Assembly (NCBI GenBank): GCA_016930415.1 | Contig: JAFGGS010000022.1 | Coordinates: 16,930-80,929 of the forward strand | Length of the DNA: 64,000 nt | DNA from: Candidatus Woesearchaeota archaeon | Lineage (GTDB): Archaea; Nanobdellota; Nanobdellia; Woesearchaeales; SM23-78 | Direction of reading: 5' to 3' | Part shown: one piece after another, positions 46,667 to 57,230 of the stretch | Position numbering within the stretch: position 1 is the stretch's first letter | Layout: each line of letters starts with the position of its first letter | The notes under the pieces: generated by a model | Told to the model about the DNA's origin: nothing | The model's input: the letters and a program-made list of their open reading frames with translations, nothing else | Databases searched by the model: none | Position numbers and translations under genes: made by a program

Positions 46667-46786
46667 AAGCATTCACCTCCTGAATGATGAACTCAATCCT
46701 GGAAAGACCTGTTAATAAACTTTTTGGAAAGATCGGAAGAAAAATAATATCAAATAATTTCTAGGAAAAGCAGCTCTTTGCCATGC

Positions 46787-49411
46787 TTACTCCTTGTCCC
46801 TTAACACTGCCTGCGCCGCTGCTAATCTCGCTATAGGTATCCTGTAGGGCGAGCAGCTCACATAGTTGAGGCCTATCCTGTGGCAGAACTCGACGCTTGA
46901 TGGTTCTCCACCGTGCTCTCCGCATATGCCGCACTTGAGCTTTTCCTTGACATGCCTTCCTTTCTTGATGGCTATCTTCATGAGTTCTCCGACGCCGCTC
47001 TGGTCTAGCGCCTGGAATGGGTCTCTCTCGTAGATTCCCAGGTCGACGTAAGCCGGCAGGAACTTGCCGGAGTCGTCTCTAGACAAACCTAGTCCCATCT
47101 GCGTCAAGTCATTCGTCCCGAAGCTGAAGAACTCTGCTTCGCTCGCAATCTCGTCAGCTGTCAAAGCTGCCCGCGGCACCTCGATCATGGTCCCGACCGT
47201 GTACTTGATCTTCTTGCCGCTCTCCTTCATGACATCGTCCGCGACCTTGACGATGATATCTTTCTGGAGCCTTAGCTCTTTCACATGGCCGACTAGCGGA
47301 ACCATGACTTCCGGCTCTACCTCTATTCCTTTCTTCTCGCAAGCGACCGCGGCTTCGAAGATCGCCCTTGCCTGCATCTCTGTTATCTCAGGGAAGATTA
47401 TCCCTAAGCGGCATCCCCTGTGTCCTAGCATAGGGTTGAATTCGTGGAGCTCTTCGCACTTGGCATTCACCCTCTCGAGCGTGACCTTGAGCTCCTTTGC
47501 AAGCTCCTTCTTGTCCTCTTCCTCGTGGGGCAGGAACTCGTGGAGCGGCGGGTCTAGCAGCCTGATGGTGACTGGCAAGCCTTTCATCTCTGTGAAGAGT
47601 CCTGTGAAATCTTCTCGCTGCATCGGCAAGAGCTTTGCCAAGGCCTTCTTCCTGACCTCTAAGCTGTCTGAGAGTATCATCTCCCTGACCGCCTTGATCC
47701 TGTCTCCCTCGAAGAACATGTGCTCTGTCCTGCAAAGGCCGATTCCCTCTGCTCCGAATCCGCGCGCCACCTTGGCGTCTGTCGGAGTGTCTCCGTTAGT
47801 CCTGACCTTTAGTTTCCTGTGCTTGTCAGCCCACTCCATGAGAGTGCCGAAGTCACCGCTAAGGGAGGGATTCATGAGACCTACCTGTCCGTGGAAGACC
47901 TCACCTGTGCTTCCGTCAAGTGTTATGTAGTCATTCTCTTTCAATATGAGGCTTCCGACTGTGAGCTTCTTTGCATCCTCTTCGACCTTTATCTCGCTGC
48001 AGCCAGCGACGCAAGCCTTGCCCATGCCCCTCGCGACGACTGCTGCATGGCTCGTCATGCCGCCCCTCGCTGTCAATATCCCGACTGCAGAGTGCATTCC
48101 CTTGATATCCTCTGGGCTGGTCTCTGTCCTGACGAGCACGACCTTCTCTCCTTTCTCTGCCATCTCGACTGCGTGCTCTGCATGGAAGACTATCTTTCCG
48201 ACAGCCGCGCCTGGGCTTGCAGGCAGTCCCTTGGCGATAGCCTTCACCTTCTTCTTGGCTGCAGGATCGATCGTCTTGTGGAGGAGCTGATCCAGCTGCT
48301 CTGGAGCGACTCTCAAGATCGCTGTCTTCTCGTCTATCAGCTCTTCCTTGACCATCTCGACTGCTATCCTGACTGCTGCGTGGGCGGTCCTCTTGCCGTT
48401 CCTGGTCTGGAGCATGTAGAGCTTCTCCTCCTGGATCGTGAACTCCATGTCCTGCATGTCCTTGTAATGCTTCTCGAGCTTGTCCTTGATCGCGACCAGC
48501 TCTGCGTATTGCTTGTGCATGGTCTTCTTGAGCTCTGAGATCGGGAGGGGTGTCCTTATGCCTGCTACCACGTCTTCTCCTTGAGCGTTCATCAAGAACT
48601 CTCCGTAAAAGTGGTTCTCTCCTGTCGATGGATTCCTTGAGAAGCACACCCCTGTGCCTGAGGTCGGTCCCATGTTGCCGAACACCATAGTCTGGATGTT
48701 GACCGCAGTCCCTAGAAGCCCTGTTATGTTGTTGAGCTTCCTGTAAGTTATCGCCCTCTCGTTGTTCCAGGAGTTGAAGATGGCATTGATGCTAAGCCTC
48801 AGCTGCTCTCTTGGGTCTTGCGGGAAGTCCTTGCCTGTCGCCTTCTTCACGACCTGCTTGTACTCAGTCACGACCTTCTTCAGGTCGCTTGCGTCAAGCT
48901 CAGTATCATACTTGACTCCCTTATTCTCCTTTGCCTTGTCAAGCACTTCCTCGAAGAGCTTGTGCTCGACTCCCATGTCCACGTCCCCGAACATCTGGAT
49001 GAACCGCCTGTAAGAGTCCCAAGCGAACCTTTCATTGCCGCTCTTCCTGATGATGGCCTGGACTGTCTCGTCGTTTATACCTAAGTTTAGGACTGTGTCC
49101 ATCATGCCTGGCATAGAGGCTGCGGCTCCGCTCCTTACCGATACTAAGAGTGGTTTGATCTTGTCGCCGAACCTCGCGTCCATGGCCTTCTCGAGCATCT
49201 CTATGTTCTTCTCAAGCTCCTTGTCTAGCCCTTCTGGCCACTTCTTGGTCTTGTGGAACTCTGCGCAGGTCTCTGTCGTGATGGTGAATCCAGGCGGGAC
49301 AGGCACTCCAAGCCTGGTCATCTCTGCAAGGTTTGCTCCCTTGCCGCCTAGCAAGTCTTTCATGGACTTATCTCCTTCTGAGAAAAAATATACGTACTTC
49401 TTGTTTGTCAT
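46787..49411 (-). CDS. ppdK: Pyruvate, phosphate dikinase
   Basis: [47 protein letters not shown]. Confidence 0.97.
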   Translation of the reverse strand: MTNKKYVYFFSEGDKSMKDLLGGKGANLAEMTRLGVPVPPGFTITTETCAEFHKTKKWPEGLDKELEKNIEMLEKAMDARFGDKIKPLLVSVRSGAAASMPGMMDTVLNLGINDETVQAIIRKSGNERFAWDSYRRFIQMFGDVDMGVEHKLFEEVLDKAKENKGVKYDTELDASDLKKVVTEYKQVVKKATGKDFPQDPREQLRLSINAIFNSWNNERAITYRKLNNITGLLGTAVNIQTMVFGNMGPTSGTGVCFSRNPSTGENHFYGEFLMNAQGEDVVAGIRTPLPISELKKTMHKQYAELVAIKDKLEKHYKDMQDMEFTIQEEKLYMLQTRNGKRTAHAAVRIAVEMVKEELIDEKTAILRVAPEQLDQLLHKTIDPAAKKKVKAIAKGLPASPGAAVGKIVFHAEHAVEMAEKGEKVVLVRTETSPEDIKGMHSAVGILTARGGMTSHAAVVARGMGKACVAGCSEIKVEEDAKKLTVGSLILKENDYITLDGSTGEVFHGQVGLMNPSLSGDFGTLMEWADKHRKLKVRTNGDTPTDAKVARGFGAEGIGLCRTEHMFFEGDRIKAVREMILSDSLEVRKKALAKLLPMQREDFTGLFTEMKGLPVTIRLLDPPLHEFLPHEEEDKKELAKELKVTLERVNAKCEELHEFNPMLGHRGCRLGIIFPEITEMQARAIFEAAVACEKKGIEVEPEVMVPLVGHVKELRLQKDIIVKVADDVMKESGKKIKYTVGTMIEVPRAALTADEIASEAEFFSFGTNDLTQMGLGLSRDDSGKFLPAYVDLGIYERDPFQALDQSGVGELMKIAIKKGRHVKEKLKCGICGEHGGEPSSVEFCHRIGLNYVSCSPYRIPIARLAAAQAVLRDKE

Positions 49412-49548
49412 GGTATAACACCCTCCTATGAGCTGTTTTCTAGATCAAGGAAAAAACCTTTTGGTTCTAACCCTTATCCTTCCAAAAGAAAAATGGATTG
49501 TTTATAAATTTTATCTTGGGTTCACAAGAATTTTTGTTTTTCCTGCCT

Positions 49549-50208
49549 TCAGAATCCGCTCAGCGTCTTCTGCTTGCTTTCTGCTTTCTTCGCCGCCGTC
49601 TTCCAAGTCCCCCAGCTTTTCCTGAAGAAGTCGTACTTGTCGTACTTGTCTTTCACGAACTGGGCCGTGACTGGGTCTGCGGGGTAACCTGATCCGAAGT
49701 TGACGTTGTGCTTCTTCTTGAGTTCCTCGATCGCGTGGTCTCGTGTGACCTTTGCAAGGATGCTCGCAGCGCCGACTATGAGATACTTGTAGTCTGCTTT
49801 GTGCTCTACGACTAGCTTCGGCTTGTAGGAAAGCTTCTGCCTAAGATAGTCAGTATATGCCTTTGGATTCGCGCTTGGGCAGTCGACGAACACTTTCTCG
49901 ACGCCATTCTTCTGCTGGTTGTTGATTAGCTTGGCCCCTACGTCTGCCTCAAGCCAGTTGAGGTTCGTCGTCTCGCTCTCGACCGCAGAGTCTATGTCTG
50001 CGGGCCCAACCGCTATTATTTCGTACTTGCAGATCCTCTTGATCTGGCCTATCATGCGCTCCCTGTTAGCGGGGGTTATGAGCTTTGAGTCCTTTACCCC
50101 TATCTTCTCAAGCTCCGGCAGGTCTTTCTCGTCTATCACTGCTATAGCCATGACTATTGGGCCTATCACCGGCCCCCGGCCTGCCTCGTCTATGCCTGCT
50201 ATTATCAT
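49549..50208 (-). CDS. rnhB: Ribonuclease HII
   Basis: GIDEAGRGPVIG, DSK, AASILAKV.RD, GSGYP.D. Confidence 0.96.
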   Translation of the reverse strand: MIIAGIDEAGRGPVIGPIVMAIAVIDEKDLPELEKIGVKDSKLITPANRERMIGQIKRICKYEIIAVGPADIDSAVESETTNLNWLEADVGAKLINNQQKNGVEKVFVDCPSANPKAYTDYLRQKLSYKPKLVVEHKADYKYLIVGAASILAKVTRDHAIEELKKKHNVNFGSGYPADPVTAQFVKDKYDKYDFFRKSWGTWKTAAKKAESKQKTLSGF

Positions 50209-50331
50209 GATACAAGAATAAGGCGCGTTGTTATTTAAATCTTGCTTCTGAATACGTTCTTTGGTTTATTTGTTACTTTCAAGTGGTCTTTGACAGAAAT
50301 TCTTATAAATTAAACACGATTCTCTGAGATT

Positions 50332-51090
50332 ATGGGGAATCCGTTTGAGGAGACTAAAAAAAGACTGCGTTTAGCAGAAGAGGAAGCTAATCGTTATAGA
50401 GATTTATCTCTCTGTGTTATCCTTGCTGGATCAGTCGCTTACTCTCCTAATCACGCAGTTACTGAATCCTCAGATTTAGATTTGATTGTTGTATCTGCTG
50501 ATGTAAAAGGTATGCTGTCACTTCTTATTGAGGACTCTCAAGAATTATCTGCTCTTAAAAACAGGTTCTTTGAGGGTTACTGTCTAAAACGTGAGAGCCA
50601 AGGGATCCCTGTGAGCATACATCTCCTTAGTGAAGATGCCTTTGATATTATTAGTAAATGTTTTGTATCTAATATGCGCGTCTACAGGCCAAAACCAAAA
50701 CCTGAGGCCTATTCCTTACATGGATTTGATGGCGCAGTGTATCCTTATTTCATAAAAAATGTGTCCTTGCCGGATTTAAGGGGTGTGCGCACTATAGTTC
50801 CCATATCCTTCATATATGATGATAGATATCATCTAGGAATCCATAGAGACAAGCTTCTTAGCAATCCGAAGATTTTATGCGAATCCGAACAACATGCCTC
50901 TGCTCGTATTGACAAATTATGGGCTGTTGTTGTGGAAAACTTATATGATGAAGCACATAGGCTATATGGTCATCTGGATTTGGGCAGGATGAACGTACTT
51001 AATGCGTTATCGAGGTCTCATAAGATGACGCCAGCTGTCATTGCAGAAATTACTGGCAAGACCTCGTTCTACTTATCTCGTCTCAGATAA
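50332..51090 (+). CDS. Pol-beta-like nucleotidyltransferase domain protein, AT-richer
   Basis: LAGSVAY...SDLDLIVV. Confidence 0.7.
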   Translation: MGNPFEETKKRLRLAEEEANRYRDLSLCVILAGSVAYSPNHAVTESSDLDLIVVSADVKGMLSLLIEDSQELSALKNRFFEGYCLKRESQGIPVSIHLLSEDAFDIISKCFVSNMRVYRPKPKPEAYSLHGFDGAVYPYFIKNVSLPDLRGVRTIVPISFIYDDRYHLGIHRDKLLSNPKILCESEQHASARIDKLWAVVVENLYDEAHRLYGHLDLGRMNVLNALSRSHKMTPAVIAEITGKTSFYLSRLR

Positions 51091-51967
51091 TCTCTCTTCT
51101 GGATGATGAGGGATCGTACATGTCAAACATTATCACGGCAAGATTCTTGCTTTCCGGATTGTTGCCAGGGGAAAAACAGGTCGTGAATCCTATCTTCTCT
51201 TTGTATTTTCCGGATTTTTTCACAGTTTCGTGTATGTGGCCATGCAGGCTTATCTCTGGTATTTTTGTCTCTATTATTTGTCTTACGCCTTTGCTTCCGA
51301 CATGTTCCCTTGTGCTATTCAGGTCTAGGTTGCTGTTGTAGGGTGGTGCGTGTGTCATTAGGATTGTTTTCTTCATTCTCTTTTTTCTGAAGAGTCTCTC
51401 TAAGTCTTTCTCGATTGTATCTTTCCTGTTTTTGGTCTGTATTACCTTCTTTACTAGTTCTCCGTCTTTGCTACAGAATCCTTCTGTTATGAAGTAAGGC
51501 CTATATTCTTTCTCATCAATATATCGGCTGTCTAGTTTCTCCCAATCCTTGTAGATGAAGGGTGATAGCGGCACGAATGAGTATCCTATCAAGTCATAAT
51601 CCTTCGTGAGGGACGCGATCTTGTTGTGTACTTCTTTAAATCCGGCACTCTCGTTTCTTATGAGGAAACTCCTGTTATCCTTGAAATCATCGTTCCCCAT
51701 GATAAGGAATATCTTGACATCCTTCCTTGTTTTTTTGAAGGACTCCTTGGTTCTTTTTATTAAGGGTATTAGCTCGTTCTTGAGGAATGCTTTCTGAAGC
51801 TTTGGTGTCCTTCTTTCTTTATCTTTTGGAGTTATATCGCCTCCTATGATCACCGCGTCTGCTTGTTCTGAGAGTGCCTTCGCGAAAAGCTTCACATATT
51901 GACTTATGTTGCCATGAAGATCTGCAGTGTATATTATTTTGTAGCTCCTTTTTCCCTTGGATTCCAT
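51083..51967 (-). CDS. Calcineurin-like metallophosphoesterase
   Basis: DLHG, GGD, GNDD, THAPP, HGHIHE. Confidence 0.88.
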   Translation of the reverse strand: MESKGKRSYKIIYTADLHGNISQYVKLFAKALSEQADAVIIGGDITPKDKERRTPKLQKAFLKNELIPLIKRTKESFKKTRKDVKIFLIMGNDDFKDNRSFLIRNESAGFKEVHNKIASLTKDYDLIGYSFVPLSPFIYKDWEKLDSRYIDEKEYRPYFITEGFCSKDGELVKKVIQTKNRKDTIEKDLERLFRKKRMKKTILMTHAPPYNSNLDLNSTREHVGSKGVRQIIETKIPEISLHGHIHETVKKSGKYKEKIGFTTCFSPGNNPESKNLAVIMFDMYDPSSSRREII

Positions 51968-52005
51968 TAAGAACTAGAAAGAATTTGGGATTATTTAAAT
52001 TTTAT

Positions 52006-52452
52006 CTACATCTTGGCCTTGACGTAGAGCGTCGATGCGATCTTCGTCAGGAGCATCGCTCCGAGCACGACCGCTATCGAGAGGTCGAAAGGCAGGCTTG
52101 CAAGTCCGCCTGTCGCCATGAGCGCCTTGTTCTGATATGATTGCCATAGCGCCATACCTATAAGGGCTGCTATCGCCGCGAACGAGCAGTTCCTCTCTAT
52201 TATCAGTTGGTGCATGTTCTCCCGCTCGTCACTCACTCTCGGCAGCTGCATCATGATGTGGAGTATGTCTGCTATGAATACCGTGAAGACTACTCCCAGC
52301 ACTATGGGCTTCACTGCCTCGTTGAAGCCCGCCGCTGTCACGAATCCAAGGATCGCCGCGGCCGCTGCCACGTAGACCCATCCTTGCCATGTCCTTGGGG
52401 CGACTCCCCATCCGAATATCCTGTATTTGAACCATTCCGGTTTTCCAATCAT
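52006..52452 (-). CDS. Membrane protein, DUF2178-like
   Basis: GWGVAPRTWQGW, DER motif, TM helices. Confidence 0.7.
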   Translation of the reverse strand: MIGKPEWFKYRIFGWGVAPRTWQGWVYVAAAAAILGFVTAAGFNEAVKPIVLGVVFTVFIADILHIMMQLPRVSDERENMHQLIIERNCSFAAIAALIGMALWQSYQNKALMATGGLASLPFDLSIAVVLGAMLLTKIASTLYVKAKM

Positions 52453-52462
52453 GTTCTCACCT

Positions 52463-52508
52463 TTTGTACTTGTTGTAAGTTTTTCTTTGTACTTGTTGTA
52501 AGTTTTTC
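52463..52508. repeat. Exact 23-bp tandem duplication
   Basis: TTTGTACTTGTTGTAAGTTTTTC x2. Confidence 0.9.
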
Positions 52509-52519
52509 TTCTTGCTGTT

Positions 52520-52942
52520 CTAATTGTATCTTAGTAGTATCCTGTACGATGCAGTGTACACTATCATCATGTAGCATATTAGGTAGCTCATGAACATGTG
52601 ATGAGGCACTGCTATCGCGCTTATCCCGTCTATTATGATCACTATGAATGCTAGCAGCACGACTGCGAGGAACGTCACCCTGTTCGCCTTGGCCGCGACG
52701 TGGAGCATCCTCTCGTCCACGACCCTCTTCTTGCTGGTTATTGATTGGAGCGTGACTATCGCCAGGCTCACCAGGCCTACGTAGACCAGCCAGTTGCCGA
52801 CCGTCCCGAATCCAAGGAAGTCTCCTGCGCCTGCTCCGCTGGTGTTGAAGATTGCTCCCAGCGCTATCATGGCTATCCCGAAGCCGTATTTCCATGCTTT
52901 TCTCTTCTTCACGTTCCTTTCTTGGTTCTCTTCTTTCATCAT
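52520..52942 (-). CDS. Membrane protein, DUF2178-like
   Basis: VDER...KA motif, four TM helices. Confidence 0.75.
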   Translation of the reverse strand: MMKEENQERNVKKRKAWKYGFGIAMIALGAIFNTSGAGAGDFLGFGTVGNWLVYVGLVSLAIVTLQSITSKKRVVDERMLHVAAKANRVTFLAVVLLAFIVIIIDGISAIAVPHHMFMSYLICYMMIVYTASYRILLRYN

Positions 52943-52964
52943 GATCGCCTCTTCATCCTTTGCC

Positions 52965-53162
52965 TTACAGTCCGAACAGGTCTTCTACCTTGCACTTGAA
53001 GAGCTTGGCGAGCTTCAGGGCCAGCTCGAGCGAAGGCACGTATTTGCCTCCTTCGATGGAGATGATGGTCTGGCGGGTCACGCCGACAGCCTCTGAGAGC
53101 TTCTCCTGACTCATACTCTTCTTCTCGCGGTATTCTTTTAGCCTATTCTTGGTTATTGCCAT
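52965..53162 (-). CDS. XRE/Cro-C1 HTH regulator
   Basis: SQEKLSEAVGVTRQTIISIEGGKYVPSL. Confidence 0.92.
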   Translation of the reverse strand: MAITKNRLKEYREKKSMSQEKLSEAVGVTRQTIISIEGGKYVPSLELALKLAKLFKCKVEDLFGL

Positions 53163-53203
53163 GTCCAACACCTGTCGCGCGATGGTTGCCGCCACGCGCT
53201 TAT

Positions 53204-53235
53204 GTAAAGCTAACTATACGTAAAGTATGCTTTAC
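53204..53235. promoter_or_regulatory. Tandem operators GTAAAG-N4-CT(T/A)TAC
   Basis: Perfect IR 53220-53235 and one-mismatch copy 53204-53219 adjacent to TATA of XRE gene. Confidence 0.75.
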
Positions 53236-53274
53236 TATTTATATTTTTTGGTTTCAGAATAAGAAAAAGGCACT

Positions 53275-54396
53275 CTAGATGCCTTTGATGCTCTCCTTGA
53301 GCCCTTCGCCGTCCGGCAGGTGCTTTGGCTCTTTCAATCCTTCGAGTTTCTCGAGGACGCCGACGTGCTCGAGCCCTACTTTGCCGTAGAAGAGCTTCCT
53401 CAAGGCGTCCTTCCCGTTCTTTTCAAGGTATTCTTTCACGTCGTAGTATCCTTTCAGGTAGACTAGGTCTTTTGTATATCCGCCGGGCAGGAAGGTATCT
53501 CTTAGTCCTCGCTTCGCGCGCAGCGTCAGGTTCCAGGCCTCTTCATCGCTGAAGAACTTTTTCAGTATCTCAAAGACCTCCCGAAAGCTCTTATATGAGT
53601 TTCCGACGGCAACAACCCTGCCTGCAAAAACTTTCATCCTCTCTTCGCACAAGCATCCATGCATCTCCTCGACGTTCGCTGCCACTCCTTCCTCTGTCAA
53701 GAGGTAGCCTGGGAATCCTGTGATGAACAGCTTGTAATCCTGCGCTTCGCCGTTCGCCGCCCGGAAGACGTGGGTTCCGATCTCATGGACCACTAGGCCT
53801 TTCAGGACGCCAGGAGAGACTGCAGCCCTCTTCCTCACATAGACCTTCTTCGTGGCGGAGTACACTGCTGCAAGGGCTGTTATGTCAGACTCCTCCACCT
53901 TCCAATATGGAAGGCCGCTCTTTGCAAGGGCTTCTTGCATGGCCTTCATTATATCAGGCGATCCGAGTGTCTTGACGTCGCATGTTTTCTCTCCCTTGAC
54001 ACTATTCTCGTGCAGAATCTTGAGTGCCTTCTCCATCAGCCCCTTATCAGGCTTCCCATAAAGCCTCTCTGAGAAGAACGTGAACTCGTCCTTGCCTATG
54101 CTGTCAAGCAATAACGCAGTCGCGGACAATTGCTCCCTCTTCTCGACGAGCAGGGCAGAGTATATGTCTCCCTCCGGCAGCTTTATCTGCTTCAAGGACT
54201 CGAGCTTATCATTGACAAGCACCCACGCGTTCGCAGGCTCGTAAGAAAAAACAGGGTTCTTTGCTTCTCCTGAGAAAAAACGCTTCTTCTCCTCTGAAAC
54301 GTTCAGGGGCGAGAGCTTCGTGAAGAGTTCTGACAGTGAAGACTCGACCTCAAGAAGAACCTTATCATACCTCTTTGCTTCCTCAGATAAGCTCAT
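53275..54396 (-). CDS. DUF1704 (MATCAP-like) metallopeptidase
   Basis: HEIGTH, TEEG, RAKRG, YTKD.VYL.G. Confidence 0.85.
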   Translation of the reverse strand: MSLSEEAKRYDKVLLEVESSLSELFTKLSPLNVSEEKKRFFSGEAKNPVFSYEPANAWVLVNDKLESLKQIKLPEGDIYSALLVEKREQLSATALLLDSIGKDEFTFFSERLYGKPDKGLMEKALKILHENSVKGEKTCDVKTLGSPDIMKAMQEALAKSGLPYWKVEESDITALAAVYSATKKVYVRKRAAVSPGVLKGLVVHEIGTHVFRAANGEAQDYKLFITGFPGYLLTEEGVAANVEEMHGCLCEERMKVFAGRVVAVGNSYKSFREVFEILKKFFSDEEAWNLTLRAKRGLRDTFLPGGYTKDLVYLKGYYDVKEYLEKNGKDALRKLFYGKVGLEHVGVLEKLEGLKEPKHLPDGEGLKESIKGI

Positions 54397-54414
54397 TTTC
54401 TAATTCTCAAGGCT

Positions 54415-55272
54415 TTACGCCTTCTCAAGCCTTGCGATCCTCTTCTCGATCGGGGGGTGTGTGCTAAACATCTCGAACAAGAAGCTCCTCTTGAAAGGAT
54501 TGACAATGAAAAGAGAGCTCGTGGCTGCGTGGCTGCTATCAGCCTGCATCGGGTGGCTCTTGTTAGCGCTATCAAGCTTCCTAAGCGCGCTAGCAAGGGG
54601 CTTACCCGTATGGATCATCTTGGCAGCGCTCGCATCGGCCAGGTACTCCCTAGTCCTAGAGATTGCGAGCTGAAGTATGAGCGCAATCAAAGGCGCGAGT
54701 ATCCCGATGACTAAGAGGCTTATCAGGTTGCCTGCGCCGCCGTTATCATCACGGCCTCCAAAGCCGCCGAAGAGCGCAGTCCACCTCGCCATGCTCGCAG
54801 CGTAGCTGATCACTCCTGCAAGGACGCCCGCGACTGTCTGTATGAGGGTGTCCCTGTTCTTGATGTGGCTGACTTCGTGAGCAATCACTCCTTTAAGCTC
54901 CTCCTCGCTAAGCAAGCTCATGATTCCGCTAGTCACAGCCACAGCAGAGTGGCTTGGGCTCCTGCCAGTCGCAAACGCGTTCGGCGTTGCGCTCTCCACC
55001 AAGTAGACCTTAGGCATGGGAATCCCTGCCTTGTGAGCGACCTCCCGGACGACGGGGATGACTTCGTGGCCCTTAGGAGCCTCCTTTGCCTTGTACATCC
55101 AAAGCACTATCTTGTCACTCCACCAATACATCGCGCCGTTGAAGACGAGGACGAACACGAGCGCGATGGCTAGTCCAGTGTATCCTCCGAAGAACTGACC
55201 TATCCAAAGCACGAGCGCAGTGAGCAGCGCCAGCAAAACAGCTGTCTTTGCAGTATTAGTGAAATAACCCAT
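54415..55272 (-). CDS. htpX: Zinc metalloprotease HtpX
   Basis: PNAFATG, HEVSH, SRTREYLAD, FSTHP. Confidence 0.95.
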   Translation of the reverse strand: MGYFTNTAKTAVLLALLTALVLWIGQFFGGYTGLAIALVFVLVFNGAMYWWSDKIVLWMYKAKEAPKGHEVIPVVREVAHKAGIPMPKVYLVESATPNAFATGRSPSHSAVAVTSGIMSLLSEEELKGVIAHEVSHIKNRDTLIQTVAGVLAGVISYAASMARWTALFGGFGGRDDNGGAGNLISLLVIGILAPLIALILQLAISRTREYLADASAAKMIHTGKPLASALRKLDSANKSHPMQADSSHAATSSLFIVNPFKRSFLFEMFSTHPPIEKRIARLEKA

Positions 55273-55337
55273 TAGGCCACCCCTTTATCTAGGCTTGTCG
55301 GAACAGAACTCTGTTTTTAAAGATTGTGGATTAGAAG

Positions 55338-56270
55338 TCATGTCCCAAGAATCCTTCTTATCTCATCCTCGTCCTTCGCCTTTCCAAGGCTGTGCCTAAG
55401 AGCCGCTCCTCCCTTCATGCCTGTCGTGAAGAGCTGGCAGTGGAGCTTTGTCCGAACAAAACCTACTTCGTGCTTCTTCGCTAGGAACAGGTAAGTCTTG
55501 ATCATCTTGAGCTTTGCCTCGTCATCCGCTTGCTTGAAACTCTTCTTCCTGAGATAATCATTCACCTGCCTAAAGATAAGAGGATTCTTCATCGCCGCCC
55601 TGCCTATCATCACGTAGTCGCACCCAGTCTCTTCCATCAACCTAAGAGCGTCGGGCGGAGAGAAGACATCTCCGTTTCCTATCACAGGAATGTTTACAGT
55701 CTCCTTGACTTGCTTGATTATGCTCCAGTCAGCCTTGCCGGAATAGCCTTGGCTCATAGTCCTGGGGTGCACGGCAATCGCCGCAGCCCCTGCCTCTTCG
55801 CAGGCCTTTGCGATGTCTATTGCCACGATCTTCTTGCCTTCGAACGCGCTCCTGATCTTCACAGTGAACGGCGTACTCAGGGAAGAGCTGCAAGCCTTCA
55901 CGATCTCGACCACTCGGTTCTTCCTGATGAGAAGTGATGAGCCAGCTCCCTGCCTGATGATCTGCCTTGCAGGGCATCCCAGGTTGAAGTCAATTACGTC
56001 AGGCTTGTAATGCTCCTCCAAGTACTGCGCGGCCTTCACTATCTCCTCGGTCTTCTGGCCGAATAGCTGGAGGCCGAACGGGTGCTCTTCAGGTACGACA
56101 TCGATCAGCTTAATGGTCGCCTTATTCTTGCGCGCAAGGGCTGGCGCGCTTATCATCTCAGAATAAGTCATGCCGCAGCCAAGATCCTTGCAAAGCAGCC
56201 TGAAGGCCAAGTCGTTTATGCCGGCCATCGGCGCAAGGATAGTCTTTGACTCTAGCTTCGGGAACTTCAT
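55338..56270 (-). CDS. dus: tRNA-dihydrouridine synthase
   Basis: LAPMAG, QLFG, NLGCP, NGDV, MIGR. Confidence 0.93.
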   Translation of the reverse strand: MKFPKLESKTILAPMAGINDLAFRLLCKDLGCGMTYSEMISAPALARKNKATIKLIDVVPEEHPFGLQLFGQKTEEIVKAAQYLEEHYKPDVIDFNLGCPARQIIRQGAGSSLLIRKNRVVEIVKACSSSLSTPFTVKIRSAFEGKKIVAIDIAKACEEAGAAAIAVHPRTMSQGYSGKADWSIIKQVKETVNIPVIGNGDVFSPPDALRLMEETGCDYVMIGRAAMKNPLIFRQVNDYLRKKSFKQADDEAKLKMIKTYLFLAKKHEVGFVRTKLHCQLFTTGMKGGAALRHSLGKAKDEDEIRRILGT

Positions 56271-56271
56271 C

Positions 56272-57192
56272 TTACAAGTGAGCCTCTTCCCGCTCGCACA
56301 CCTTAGATGCGTTCTGGGCGCCTAGCTCTCCGCACCTCTGCACAGGCATCCTGTTGATGAAGCCTGTCAGGAATCCTGCCGCGTATGCGTCGCCTGCGCC
56401 GTTAGTATTCACAAGCTTTGCAGGAGGGACAACAGGAATATCATAGTTGACTCCGTCATGCCGCACGACCGATCCCTTAGCCCCTTTTTTTAGGACGACG
56501 ACGGGGCAGGCCTTGCCAAGCTCCTCAAGAGCCTCGTAAGGTCTTTTCTTAACATAAGCCTCAGCCTCTTCCTCGGTCACGAAGAGCACATCGAGCTCCT
56601 TGATGACCTCTGCCAACTGCTCCCTGACAGGCTCGATTATGCCAGGATCCGCCATGTCAAGGCTCAGCTTCAAGCCCTTCTCCTTTGCGTTCCTCAATAC
56701 GTTCATGACATTCCTAGGATTGGCGATTATCTCATAGCCTGACGTGAACAGCATCTTTGCGCCGTCCAGGTTGGAAAGATCATAATCATGCGTGACAGAC
56801 ACTCCCAGGTTGGACACGACCGCCCGCTCCTTGTCAGGGGTTATCATGACGTAGCACACGCCGCTAGGACCCTTTGCAGTCTCAACAAAGGACTTGATGC
56901 CAGCCTTCTCAAGATAATCAATGTAAGCCTTGCCGTACTCATCAGGTCCGAGAGTCGCAAAGAGCCCTGCCTTGAGCCCTAGCTTCCTCGCGCCGAAGAC
57001 GACGTTAGTCGGCGCCCCTCCTTGCGAGACCAGCTTCTTTTTTGAGCCAGCCACCTTGTGAAGTTCAGCAGAGTCCACTTCAGGCTCAGACCTGTGAAAG
57101 CCTTTCACTGCTTTTATCCTCTCAACTTCCTCGTCAGTTACGTCGAACGTGAGGTCTGTGAGCGCGTTTGCCAAACCAATCAAGTCAACCAT
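56272..57192 (-). CDS. PfkB family kinase (adenosine kinase-like)
   Basis: GLANALTD, GGAPTN, NTNGAGDAYAAGF. Confidence 0.88.
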   Translation of the reverse strand: MVDLIGLANALTDLTFDVTDEEVERIKAVKGFHRSEPEVDSAELHKVAGSKKKLVSQGGAPTNVVFGARKLGLKAGLFATLGPDEYGKAYIDYLEKAGIKSFVETAKGPSGVCYVMITPDKERAVVSNLGVSVTHDYDLSNLDGAKMLFTSGYEIIANPRNVMNVLRNAKEKGLKLSLDMADPGIIEPVREQLAEVIKELDVLFVTEEEAEAYVKKRPYEALEELGKACPVVVLKKGAKGSVVRHDGVNYDIPVVPPAKLVNTNGAGDAYAAGFLTGFINRMPVQRCGELGAQNASKVCEREEAHL

Positions 57193-57230
57193 GGTCTTAA
57201 GAGAGAAAACAAGGGCTTATAAGGTTTTTG

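Noticed and set aside
47064..48647. Overlapping ORFs within ppdK
   Set aside because: Alternative-frame shadows of a conserved gene.
52463..52508. 23-bp repeat as mini-CRISPR
   Set aside because: Copies are adjacent with no spacer.
52449..52895. 148-aa alternative-frame ORF
   Set aside because: Overlaps the better supported DUF2178-like frame.
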